From: Oculina patagonica
Lineage: Eukaryota
Direction of reading: 5' to 3'
DNA: 64,000 bases
Assembly (NCBI RefSeq): GCF_052425735.1
Contig: NC_135762.1
Coordinates: 10,726,001 to 10,790,000 of the forward strand
The notes under the pieces were generated by a model, which did no database searches, was not told the DNA's origin, and saw only the letters and a program-made list of their open reading frames with translations. This document shows, piece by piece, positions 50,563 to 62,899 of this stretch; positions within the stretch are counted from its first letter, which is position 1; each line of letters starts with the position of its first letter. A program made the position numbers and the translations under genes.

Positions 50563-52045
50563 TAGTCCGGCGGCTTAGCTCGAAATTTTAGTTGAATTGT
50601 GCACTTTTTGATACAAGCATGGAACTTGGCACAATGAAAGTGGTCACCAACAGAAGTTTTTTCAGATATAGTGCCAAGTCCGAAAACCACCAGTTTTCAT
50701 GGAAACCGTAATTTATTAAAATCAATGAAATTTCGTGAAATATTTGTTTGTCTATTGACTTTATTGGTCTCAAAATTTACCAAAATAATTTAAAAAAAAG
50801 AAAAGGACCAAAAAGGAATTGCGCGAACGGGAAAATAATGTTACCCATGCGAGGCGCAACCCTAAAAACTAGTAAGAATGGTGATAAAAATCTTAAGTTT
50901 AAAAAACAATACAATAAATCTAATTAATTACTTATAGTTAAAAATTATGGTTAAAAATCTAATTGATTACTTATAGCTAAAGTTAGAAAACAAGTTGCAG
51001 ATAATATTAGACACAAAAATTAAGAGCGGTGACAAGGGCAGTTACGGAAGAGGAACCAGGTGCAGGGCATGTCAATATCATAGGTAGAGTCCAGTAAAGT
51101 AAAATAAGTGGCGCGCAGAAAATATTTGAATAAACTTAGGCTAGAAAATTTGTCGTGAGGGGCGAGATTACAGATAGTGTTCCAAGGCTTACAATTGTAT
51201 TGAAAAAAGAAGCTTGAAAAGTTGCGGTTTTACAGTAAGCAGGTTTAAGTACGAGGGTGGTGTTCTTAGAGCGAGACCGCCATGCGTGACGAAAGTAACA
51301 TATCGATCAATATTTAGGTCAGCGTATCCAGAAATACAGTTATAGAGAAATAAAAGATCTCTCAAGTTCCCTGTCATATGTAGAGTGGTAGCAAGCGAAG
51401 AGTCAGCAGTCGTTGTTTGTAGGACATCTCGCCGATTCTAGTTCTTAGTATCCAGCGAGTGGCGCGCCTCTGGACTCTTTCTAGGATCGTTCTCAAATTG
51501 ACACTAGCAGAAGCAGCTGGTTTATAGACAAATACTATTATGTCAGGTAGTGATACCAAGTCGCACGTACAAAATTTAGAATGAAATGCTGTAATTTAGA
51601 CTGTTCACAGCCCTATATTTTCCTATTTTTCTTCTGTTAGCGAACGGTTCACCGATCGCGTGAGACCTGGACGCTAGCGCAAAACGAAAGACGCAAGGGA
51701 GCAGAGGGCGGGGAACGAAAAATCTTTTCCCATGCAATAATTTCCAACTAAATTATTGGTATAAAACAGATGATAAAAAATAACAATTGTAAGCCTAATT
51801 TAAAGCATTCATATCTGTATTTATGAATAAAAATCTACAATAAAAGGTTTATAAAAGTACAGAAGAAGTACTTCGTGGGAGAGGGGCCTCTCGGCTGAAA
51901 ATTTCATTGCTGTTTACTAGCTGAAAATGGGAAATTGGCGTTGGCACTATATCAAGAATTGATTAGTGTGCGAATGCTTTTAATCCTGCAAAGTTTAGTG
52001 CTTGTATCAAAAATCGCACAATTCAGGAGCTAAGCCGCCGGACTA
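50563..52045. mobile_element. TAG-terminated TIR element (Academ-like) containing a CR1 fragment
   Basis: TAGTCCGGCGGCTTAGCTC / GAGCTAAGCCGCCGGACTA with further subterminal complementarity; TSD not evident. Confidence 0.75.
50760..51490 (-). mobile_element. CR1-group LINE 3' fragment
   Basis: ILERVQRRATRWIL..MSYKQRLLTLRLLPL..DLLFLYNCISG, typical of the post-RT region. Confidence 0.8.
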
Positions 52046-52325
52046 TGCTAGAAAATTTAAAATTGTGGCTATCGTGATTGGATCAAAAAATATCTATCAG
52101 GGTTTCCACTTCGTCTAAAATCGTCAATAATTTACTGATGTCAGAATGATTGAAAGAATATTTCGCCCTAACAAAATCGCCATCTTGATTTTTACTCAAA
52201 CTATCCCACAATTCCTAGAGAACTAAAATAGTGCTCAGCCCTTCCCGAGTTCTCTAATTGCAGCCAAAAGTGTGTATAAAAATGCCATACATACTAGCAA
52301 AAAACTTGTTACACAAAATACGCCA

Positions 52326-52722
52326 CATCCTTGGAGAACCCAGGGGCAGTAAGTCGGGGCGACGGGTAGCTCATCGGGACGACGCGATTTTCGGGCGAAA
52401 TTTTACAACAAACTCGGGAGAGCCCCTGTGCACTTTCTTTTACCGAACTAGTTCCAGGAGCGTTTAAATCCCTTCTTTCTGATTGGCCAGGAAAACAGTT
52501 TTTCTGGCCAATAAGCGAGGATGACCAGCAGAGCGATTCTGCCGTCTTCTTAGACGAAGTTTTTTTTACTCATCGACTCGTCGTGGCTGCTCAGCCCATG
52601 CATCGGATGATTTTACGTGGAGAGTCTAAGGACTACACTAAGTTTTCACCCGAAAATCCCGTCGTCCCGATGAGCTACCCGTCGCCCCGACTAACTGCCC
52701 CTGCAGTGGGCCTCCGAGGATG
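52326..52722. mobile_element. MITE with CATCC termini and a perfect 9-bp TSD
   Basis: TSD AATACGCCA (52317-25, 52723-31); ~75-bp TIRs. Confidence 0.85.
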
Positions 52723-53012
52723 AATACGCCAGCGTTTACATGTGAAAGTACGTATTAAAAAGCGAATTAGTAGCAGCATGAATTACTTTATGTATTGTTT
52801 TTTGCATTTGTTAGACCCTTCGTGAAATTTTATCATTTCGTCGGAAAATCGTCGCAAATTCCTGGTACTAAGCTTTCTCCTATTGTTTGCCTTATTATCC
52901 CTAGCGTGACAAAGCCCAGACGCTCAGCATCCTGGCTTTGTCATGGGACGTTCCTGTGACCCAGTTTAAATGTTCCTTTTAGCTATAGGTACATCAGCTT
53001 GAATGTGACGAA

Positions 53013-56000
53013 CTAAAACAAGCCCTTTTCCTTCTTAAGCTGAACTTGCTTCCATCTTGGAAGAGACTCGAACTCAGTCCTCTCCATGTCAAATACCAAG
53101 AAAAACTCCTCGTTTGACAAGTAACGCTGTGAAAAAATAGAAAAATAACCCAAAACGTACAATTAATATATCACTCTTTTTGGTGAAATTTGCCTGATTA
53201 CGTCGTTGTGCAGAATTAATCGCTAGTGAGATTTAGAAATAGTTTAATTACCAGCACGCATAATTCTGTCATGATTGTTTCGTCGGAAATGATAAGACAA
53301 GAATCAAATAATAACTTATTGTGAGATCACATCACTTATGAGGTAACAAACCTGTAATTTCTCTAATTAAGAAGATTTGATCTACCTTTCACCTAGCCGC
53401 GAATCCAACAGAGACGCCAATGGGTAAATATTGCTTCTCTCTTACTTCAATGTTAATTTTCGATGGATTTATTACTAACTGATACTTATTTTCATACAGA
53501 ATTCGAATTTTACTTGTACAAGAATTGAACATCGTAACAATAAACGAAAGTAAACTATTTGAAGCCTTGGTGAAACACGCGACTGGGCGAAACAATGATC
53601 AAATATAAAGTAATCCAAAAATGTCAAATATCCCAGTCAAATATGAAGAACTTATTGCATTGCCTTGACGGGGAATGCGGACAAATGTACGGACCATTGG
53701 ACCATTAAAACTAAACAACCAAAATGATTAAGCTTGATGATTTACCATATTTGCTTATGTATGGGGCACCACGGGAATCTCTTTTTAAACAACACCGCAA
53801 TTCTTATGGATATAAGTGGATGTAGTAACCGATGTACACTTATACGTTTAAATGAAAAAGAAATGTTGAAAAAACATTAATTATTACGTGCCAAAGGTCT
53901 CTGAAAAGCCTTTCCAATCACCAAGTTTTTAAAACATCATGGGCATTTTAGATTGGTTAATGTACAAGTCACGGTGCCTGTAAGCATTGATGGTATACCT
54001 CTTTGTTTGTCTTATCGATTCCTCCTGGTAGAAGGTGAAATGGTTGAGACAAAACTTCGTACGGGTATGTGGAGCCATCGGTTTCAGTGAAGTCGCCATT
54101 GTTATTGTTATTTATTACTTTCGCAGTCTGCAACGAAACATAACGACGTCTGAGTACACCTTTGTAAAACCCTTTTATTAATCACACAACAGAGAGAAAA
54201 TATATCGTAAATGCTGACCTGTGTAGTATTGTAGCAAACTGACACGTTAGCTGTTTTGAGTTTTGTGTTGTTATAGTAGTTCTGTTTAATTTCACTGTAA
54301 TTTATGGCTTCATAATCTGTAGCGCCATTTCTGAGACTACCTCTTTGTCAATGCTTTTTTCAGCATTTAGAAAACTTTCGCTAACTTTAAAGTTTGATTT
54401 CTCTACAAAATCGCAAAATTTAAGTCTCGCGATAGTTGCTTCTTCCATTTTCTCGAAATTAAGTTCAAGCGAAACTATAAAGCTAAAAGGTAACTCAGGA
54501 TACAAAGGACTAGCAAACATACGATTTGCTGCACAATATTTCGATTCAAGCGACACGTGAACTCGGGAATGATCAAAAGTAAAGATAGAGGACGTCTTAA
54601 TGGACCACCAAATTCTCCAAAGTAATTCTTAGAGAGGTCTATGGCAGTCACGTCACTAAAGGGAATTGATATTTTGAGCATAGAGAAATAAGAGGTATTA
54701 TGTTCTTGGTGAGGAGTTCGAAACTGAAGGTTATTTGAAAAAAAGAAAAGAAGACAAGAAAATAAAATCTTTGCTTACCTGTGTAGTTATTCGTATTTCG
54801 GAGACTTTTCTGATGCCGTCTTCTCCCATTTCTTTTTTAATCTCTTCGTATGTTTTTCCTTTCTGAAAATGGAGAGAAGAGGAGTTAATATATTGAGTCA
54901 TGAATGACCTAGACTTAAAATTTATTACTTTTGAATTAAACTCAGAGGAATAACATTAGCATAAAACAGCTACTAAGTGAATACTACAAACTGACGTCTA
55001 AAATTGTATCTGAACCTTGCCCTCACTCTCATTTTCCATCCTGCGAAAAAGACAGGCAACTATACTAAATAGGTCTTTTCCTAGGGCTGTTTTCATGTAT
55101 TGTAATCCGCTCTCGTTTGCCATAGCGATGGATTGTGTAATTAGATGGCATCATTTAGTAACGCTGTAATGTTTCTGTTAGACCAGTTTAATTCGTTTGG
55201 GATCTTTCAAACCCCTATAGCTTAATGATTGAACGAAGTTTCACCCAGTCTATTTTTTAACTCTTTTCCTGTGCAGTCCTTGCGCTTTTATGATAACTGC
55301 TAAAAAATAAGCTACGACATAACTAGGCCAAAGAATAGTAGGTAAATGAGCAAGCTTACGCTCCATTTGTCTCTGTCCCAAGCCTGAAAATGTCCTGTGA
55401 AATTCAGTGGTTCGTAGCCCTGTTTGACTTGGATAATCATCGTATCGTCCAAGGTTCGACCAGACGGATCTGACCGCACGTAATCCTTCAGGAAAGAAAA
55501 ACATTATTGGCCATTTACCATTGCAATGATTAGTTTACTCGGGGGTTACAAGTGTTCTTCTGGCGTTGACAAGCAAACAAGTGATAGCCACTTTACATTT
55601 ACATTCATTTCTATAAAACAAGCGGGAAACTGGAATAGCACGAGAAGAATTTAGAAATAACGAGCCGAAAGCGAGATTTACAAGTTGCATGTCAGTACAA
55701 ACAACTGTACATGTTCTTCCGACGTCTTAAGGTTTATTGCTTACTTCTTTAGGTCGATAGACAGATTATCTTATCGCTTTTTTTTGTAATGACGTGGTTT
55801 ACTGGTGCAATGGTCACGAGCTATATTTTGATCAATTAAAGCGAGCGTAGCATTCCGTTTTTCGTTTTTTATAAAATTCATTTTACCATGGCTACGGTGA
55901 CGGCTTCAGCTTTCTCGACTTCGTTGGCTCCTTCTCCTATCCAGACAAATACCTGAGAAGAAAATAAAATCCATTCAGCAATGGATCGGCTTAGAGGATC

Positions 56001-57487
56001 CTAGTCAGCTTCGGCCAGTTCTCTTCCATCTAATTCGGAAATTTCGCATGTTGAAAAGAAATCTTCGTCTATCCTCGTGCGTTTGCTTTACTGAGGTCTA
56101 AAACTGCCAATGCTTTTTAAAATAATCGGTGCACATTCTTGACTAGTTATTCTATCATTCTTTCGCTTATTTGAAGTAAAATTTATCAGTTAAACTTAAA
56201 GGATCGTAGTCAGCCTCCGCCATTATGGATGCCATCGAAATTTTTGAAAACTGCACGGCGAAACGAAATCTTATTGCACTTGAAGTCTGTTAAGTAGTTT
56301 CACAGTGATCTCTTTCCTTTAATTTAGACAAGCTCCGCGAAAAAATCCTCATATGAAAACAAAACAAAGGCGTGGCTGACTATGGTCCTTTAATATAGTA
56401 GACAAGGTAAAACAAAACCTTCTCCGCATAACTACACTACTATCATAAAACAAACCAGAGAAGTTATGAGAAAAAAGAGAATAATTAACCAGGGCATTTG
56501 GCTGAAAGATTTTCAGTGTAGAAGGAAAAAAAGGTAAAACGTAAGGGAGAAGTTCATTCCAAAATGGCACTTTTGTTTCTTAACGTTATACAAAGATATG
56601 CTTTTAACTAAAATTTTAGCTTCCAAAGAATAATCAAACCCTATGAAGTCCTTGTCAAAAAAATTGCAAACCGGCCGCCGCCATCTTGAAATAACTTTAA
56701 TAGCAGCCTGCCGCCGGTATGCGTGACATCAGTGAGCTCAAATTTTACTATCTTTTGGAGTTAAGCTTGTGCAAAATAATGCTGCACAAACAAGTGTTTC
56801 GAAAAACAAGCCAATAAAAAATTAACAAGGAGTGACACGTATGTCAAGGAGTGACACAATGTTTAGACTTTCTGCCAAACTTCAGGTTTAGCTCTTTGAC
56901 TTCACACATACATCACCAGGCTGCTATTTTACTCCAAGATGGCGGCGGCCGATCCTCAATTTTCGGACTACTTCAGACAAGGATTTCATAGAATTTGAAT
57001 ATTGTTTGAAAGCTGAAATTTTGGTGACTAACATATCTTGGAATTACCTTGTCGTTGGCGTGAAGAAGAAAAAAGTGCCATTTTAAAATGAACTTCTCCT
57101 TTAATTTCTACGACAATAATCCACTGCGAGACACTTCATTTATAACAGCACAATTTCACCTCAAAACCACACTTGTACCTTAAAACTACATATTCACCTC
57201 GTCATAAGTGTCCAGGAACATAACATCGTCCTCGATAAGGTCCTACGAGAAATAATGCTCATCATTAAAAAACCTCAGTGAATAATCAAGAGAGGAAATG
57301 GAATGACAGACCGGATAGACATTTTACCTCCTGACAAAATTCAAAAATCTCCTCTACTCTAAACGCTCCTGAAGCGTTGGAACACTGAAACAAACGTGGT
57401 GGATAGCTGGGTTTTTCCTCCTAGGAAACAAATAAAAGGAAGCTGTTCATTTTAGTAATGTTAGAGACGAAACAGTTTCGAATTTGT

Positions 57488-57532
<45 letters not shown>

Positions 57533-60500
57533 AAAGTCGCAAGTAGAATTTTCACCGTGACGGTATCTGACGGGAACTGATCACTGTTCCATATAAAAAG
57601 AAAAGGTGTCAGATGAACGGGATTGCGCGAATAACCGAGCCTGTGCTTATACAAGAGAATTCACGTCCAAAACGGAGCCAATACTGTATCTATGGGCGTC
57701 GTTAAGCTAAGCCAAGAAAGACAAAGCTAACCTCCATTCTTTTTCCTGTGGAGTATTCTTCGTATCCACCAATAGCTTCCCAAAATGTCCTCGGTTCTTT
57801 GCCTTCCCGAATTGGCTCGACCTCCCTAAACAAGTGATCAATGGAAGTCGCGAATTACTCTAACAGCTCTATAAAACACCCCGCAGTTTACAGCCCTTGT
57901 GCTTTAAAGAATTGATACTACCATCTTATATCGGTTGATAAAATACTAGTATCAACCAAATGCCAAGTGATCATGATTAACGGAGAAACTAATAATCGTG
58001 TTCTTGACTTAACAGGTTACCATAGCGTCAATATAACCAATCAAAATTACCCTAAACTTTAGGTTTATTAGCGGGTAACTGAAGAACGAACAGATTAGGA
58101 GCCACCTTAAATTTTTAAAATATTAAGGCGCATGCCTTATGTCATAAGTGTAAACCAGACTTACCAAGTAAGAGTTGATTGAAATTTTTTTCCTTACCTG
58201 CCAACCATCAGGTAATCAATCAGCTGTCTTGCATTCCTCCTTTCAGCTGCGCAGGCGCCCTGTTGAAAAATAAAACGAATATAATCGACGTCACACATAC
58301 TAGACTATACACCGGTGCGTAAACAGAGCACAAGATATTTATCAGACATTAGCCCTGTTATAGCAGAAAGAAATATTTACAATGGCAACCGTAAAAAGTG
58401 ATCATGAAAAGTTGAACAAAATGTCAGGGAACTGCTAAACCGAGTACTAACCCTTCCTCTCCACAGATAGGCTACATAAGGAGTCTCCAGCACAAACATG
58501 TCTCCTGAATTCAGCGAAGCGGCTCTTCGGGGCACCTACAATTTTCCAAAAAAAAAAAACACATGGAAACACTGCTGTTCCTTAATTTTTTTTTCTATTG
58601 TCGATCCAATTAAATCACTTGACTGTACATGTACAGTCGCATTTTCATTTCCCAACTCCCTTGGTTTTCCGTTTCGAGCGTTAGCGTAATTCGCCAGAAC
58701 TTCCGCTTTCGCTAAAATACACTAAATACTATTACTCGCACCCCGACGTAAGGCAATAGTTTCTTTACAAAGCAATCCACCGATCCAACTCAAACAAATA
58801 GCTTAAAGCAAGTACAATACAATACATACTTTATTGACTTTCCCCCTAGAGACTTTTCAAAGACAATGAAATAAATACAATAATAATTTAAAACTACTTA
58901 AAAACTCTAAGATGATATTCATACTTAAAATTAATTAACTATGATTAAGAAGCTATAAAATCTTTGATAAGTTTACGTTTAAGATAAACTTAAAAGCAGA
59001 TACTTTCTCGAGAGTTTTTAGAGAGCTATCCATGGAGTTCCAGATACTGACTATTCTGTAGTAAAACGTCCTCTGACCACTGGCAGACTTGAAAAGAGGA
59101 ATGTTCAGCATTTGTGAACTTCTTGTGGCACGTCTGCTTATTTCTCCTCGCTTACTAAACTGGGAAGACAGATACTCCGGCACGCGGGATGTTAGACATC
59201 TGAAGGCCATGATAGCGCTCCTGAAATATAACTGAGTCGCAACTGGTAGCCATTTAAGCTCTTTTAAAACTGGTGTGATGTGATCATATTTGTGCGTACT
59301 GGTCGCAATTCGAGCGGCAAAGTTCTGAATACCTTGTAATTAGGACCAATAGACACAGACCTGCATTGCTTTGGCATTCATGTCTGACGAACCACGGACA
59401 TGAAACATTCTTTTGCCTTCACTGTCGTACGTATCCTCTTCTGACCCAGCGCGGTATCCTGCTCCCTTGCCACCCTATGTTAATCAATGGATCGAACAAG
59501 CCATATACATTTAACAAATCGCAGTGGAACAGTTATGCATAATGGGCGGACTTGCGGATGTTCTATTGAAACAACGCAACTGTATTTTTCTGGGGAAATA
59601 CTAAAGAATCTACCATCGTGCCGTTGTTAGTTATTATAACAAAAGCCAGCCATAAAGCTAGCGCTGTAATGGCTACAACCTTTTTATGAGGGCGCACTGC
59701 TTTCGTTCACGCGACAATATAGTGCCCAGTGCTCTTATCTAGCGACTTCAAAATCCTTCAAGGTACTATTTGCAGCTTGACGTGTTGATGATTGACCTTA
59801 AAAAAAATCGTGATCAGGGCAGTCTCTAAATGAGCACCTACCTCCAGAATAATGAAACGCCCTCGAAACATTCTCAGGAAGTGTTCTGGTTCTTTGTTTT
59901 GCACAACTCGTATCTGCAATGCAAGCACAAACAATTTTTACAATTTCGATCAGTTAGGATAATCATTTTCTTCCTTCCTTCCTCCCCCCCTTCCTCCATC
60001 CCACCCTCCCTGTCTCCCTCTCTCCTTCCTTTCTTCATCCCGTATTTGATACAGCAACCGAGCTGAGCGAACACAAGCGTCCATTCCACCAACAATATGC
60101 TCTTGGATATCATCTCCCAGCAAGTGCTGAATGTATGTCCCAACGAACTAATACAAACTCTAGAAGGGATATCCCTCGTGCGTTTGTATTTAAGAAAACA
60201 CAATGGTTGAATTGTAGCTAGAAAACACAAGTAGACAAATTGATATCAAGGAAGAAGCTTCCAAACTAACAAAACTGTACACAATTCCTTTTAACCTGCG
60301 TTGCTATCCCTCCGAGCTGTTTGTCCATTTGGTCAGCTAACATCGCTGATGCTGCTCTTTCGTCGATGCTGCTTTTTGCTCCCTAACAAAAATGAGAAAC
60401 GAAAAGTGGTCAGCGAGCACTTTGTCTTTGAAAACATTTTTGTTCACTATCGCCCCCTCCCTTTGTGATGGGTTAATTATGGTTGGTTGAAAAAGTGTCA

Positions 60501-62640
60501 GTACGATACATCTCAAAGACAACTATCTGAAGGTATATACCGAAATTCTTATATTGAATTCATGTCCGTTGTTGCGTATAACTACTCGGATGAAACAACC
60601 CTGAAATAACGAACTCCACCTCACGTATAACAAGGACTTAGTACATGTACAACAAGCACAAAGAGTCCAAAGAATTAACCCGGTTCACAATGGTGGGAGT
60701 CGAGATGCAAACTATTACTTAATTGATACATTTCTTTACATTAAATTATTTTTATTACCTGCCAAAAATAGATTATTATTTGTCTCCTCCAATTAGCCAT
60801 GAAGCTATATTTGATGACGTAAGAGTCGCCGCTAAAGAACACTCCATGTAAGTTTGGTTCCAAGGGATAGAGGTCATGGTCTTCAACGCGCCAGATCTGG
60901 GAACGAGTGAATAAACATTAAAAATACTCCAGTGGCCCTCAAGTTAAAAAAAAAAAAAAAGAATCACTCTATACGGAAATGATTTATAAAAATCTACATA
61001 TAAAAGGGTACAAACAAATAAATAAATAAAAATATGATAAGTATGAATAAATAAAACAAATAAAAAGAAAACAGCAATGTAGAAATAGGCATTAAAATCA
61101 ATATTCAAGGCGATGATGACTTCACCTATGCATCTGTCCAATGATACTAGGTCATAGGCATTAACCAATCATAACGCGTGCAGAATCTCGGTAATGGTAT
61201 AAAACAGATAATTGTTTTGTACCTCGACATCTCCTGTTCCATCGTCTGGGAGGAGCTCTGTTTTGTGTTTCGGTCTTTCTCGATCATGCAGCTGACTGGC
61301 ATCAAACTTTTCATTGCTTTGTTTGGCTTTGTACAAGAAAAGGTTTAACTCATTCAATAGATGACTTTGTGATTTTAAATTATTGTTAATTAATAAAAAC
61401 AACAAATTTGAAGTAAACTGTTGTTTTAAATAATCCATTTAAATTTTGTTGTTTTCCTGTAAATATTAAGTTCAATCATTTATTAAGTATGGTGTCCGGT
61501 TGGTAATTAGTGAACAAGAAACATTTCGTTTAAATTTTTCAAGTTCTTTGTTGATTGCCATCCTTGTTGTTTTTTGCACATCAGTAGAAAAATATACCTT
61601 AGCGTTATATACAACTCTATTAAAGTTCAAGTCTTATTCAAGTAACCAACTAAATATACCTAAGTTTCCCTGTCGAAACACCTTTCCCATTCCTACTTGC
61701 TCTCCTTCGTCCCTCCACCCGGAGAAAAATTGCTTGAAGATCGGTGTCTCCCCTCCCTCCACCACACGGGTGACTTGTGTCCAATTAGGATAACCCTTCT
61801 GGCTGATAAATTCCTTGGAACGAAAAAGAGTGTAAAAATGAAGAGAGATACAATCACGAAAAAAATAGGATTACCGTTACCAGAAGTTAGTCTTGCATTT
61901 ATAAATGGCGACGACACTGAACGAGGTAGATTGAACACCCTTATTCCACAAGCGTCTCCTTCAAGCAAACCCCACCGAATTTTGGGGTGTTTTGTTGTTG
62001 TTGTAGACTTGCACCAAGTTGCCCTCTTGTTGTTGTTGTTGTTACCATTTGCAATTTGTGCTTTACATAGAACTATACCTTTGTTAGCAATCACAGTACC
62101 AAGTTTAGTTTAGTTTTGTTTGGTTCTCAAGGGTCAAATTTTTATCCATAGCGAAAAAAGATAATAAAATAAAACTTTTATTTAAGTGTCGATTTATTTA
62201 GCCCAATTGGGAATCATATAACACGAGGTTAAGGTTTTGGTCTATACAGGTCGTATACAAAACATGGAACACCCCGGTAGATCTGGTGCAGGGACCAGCC
62301 CGGACCCCATGTAACTGCCTTATTTCCAATAAGCGCCCTCCTTTGAGCTATCAAAATAATAAAAAAGCACCCTGGATGTCAAATCGAATGATTACGATAA
62401 TTTAGGAATAGCACTCGTCCGAACTTGATCACGTGCAAATAAAATCAGTTGTGAGTAGTTTATATAAGCGGCACTGGAATCGGGTCTTTATGCCAGTCTG
62501 GAAGTCTGTGGGTTAAAAAGTAAAGCGGTGTCATAGCTTACCATTCCATTCTTCATTCCTGCCTTCTTCTCGGCATCTGTACATTTCTTCCCAATCCAAA
62601 CAAATATTCCACTGCTTCCGCAGTCCAGAATAAAGCAATC
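53013..62640 (-). CDS. VIL1: Villin/advillin-like actin-binding protein, 3' part (end of gelsolin repeat 3 through repeat 6 plus headpiece); 5' exons lie beyond the window
   Basis: 17 phase-consistent GT-AG exons: 62640-62542, 61813-61660, 61326-61223, 60896-60759, 60382-60296, 59913-59842, 59474-59361, 58535-58452, 58259-58198, 57825-57732, 57420-57328, 57242-57198, 55952-55887, 55485-55360, 54862-54779, 54127-53999, 53126-53013. Motifs [46 protein letters not shown], and headpiece [16 protein letters not shown]. Villin versus advillin orthology cannot be resolved. Confidence 0.95.
54475..54723 (-). CDS. Candidate alternative terminal exon of villin ending in a hydrophobic tail
   Basis: 55-nt intron 54778-54724 (GTAAGC...TTCTTTTCTTTTTTTCAAATAACCTTCAG); 82 in-frame codons ending [16 protein letters not shown]; AATAAA at 54179-54174. 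Confidence 0.45.
   Translation of the reverse strand, partial: FRTPHQEHNTSYFSMLKISIPFSDVTAIDLSKNYFGEFGGPLRRPLSLLLIIPEFTCRLNRNIVQQIVCLLVLCILSYLLAL
56200..56389. mobile_element. Kolobok-type MITE in villin intron
   Basis: TTAA TSD; AGGATCGTAGTCAGCC / GGCTGACTATGGTCCT. Confidence 0.75.
56542..57104. mobile_element. Kolobok-type MITE in villin intron
   Basis: GGAGAAGTTCATT..AAAATGGCACTTT / AAAGTGCCATTTTAAAATGAACTTCTCCTTTAA. Confidence 0.7.
57488..57535. repeat. (AAAT)n microsatellite
   Basis: About 11 copies. Confidence 0.95.
58808..59340 (-). mobile_element. L2 LINE 3' fragment in villin intron
   Basis: [40 protein letters not shown]; 3' tail AATAAAAGTATGTATTGTATTGTA. Confidence 0.9.
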
Positions 62641-62899
62641 CTGGAAGAAAACTAATTGTTTACATGAATGCTTTCTTTCTTTTACAGTTCTAACTGTCTA
62701 TCCTTTACTTGAAAATAAAAAAAAGCGTTAGCATTGACTCTTAGAAATAGAATAAATGACAGCGAGAACGTAATAAAATGAAAGCACTAGTCGATAAAAA
62801 TAACAAGGCAATACTTTCAAAGCCACAATAAATCTCGCTGTACTGGTTTAGGACAAGACTCGCGTACCTTACAAAGCCAAATAGATTATAAAATGGGAA

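Noticed and set aside
53389-53595. Intronic ORF with [14 protein letters not shown], vaguely like the headpiece start
   Set aside because: Similarity is too weak, with no convincing in-phase acceptor and no headpiece core.
61693-62113. 133-aa and 138-aa ORFs overlapping villin
   Set aside because: Off-frame or antisense shadows of villin exon 61813-61660 plus low-complexity intron.
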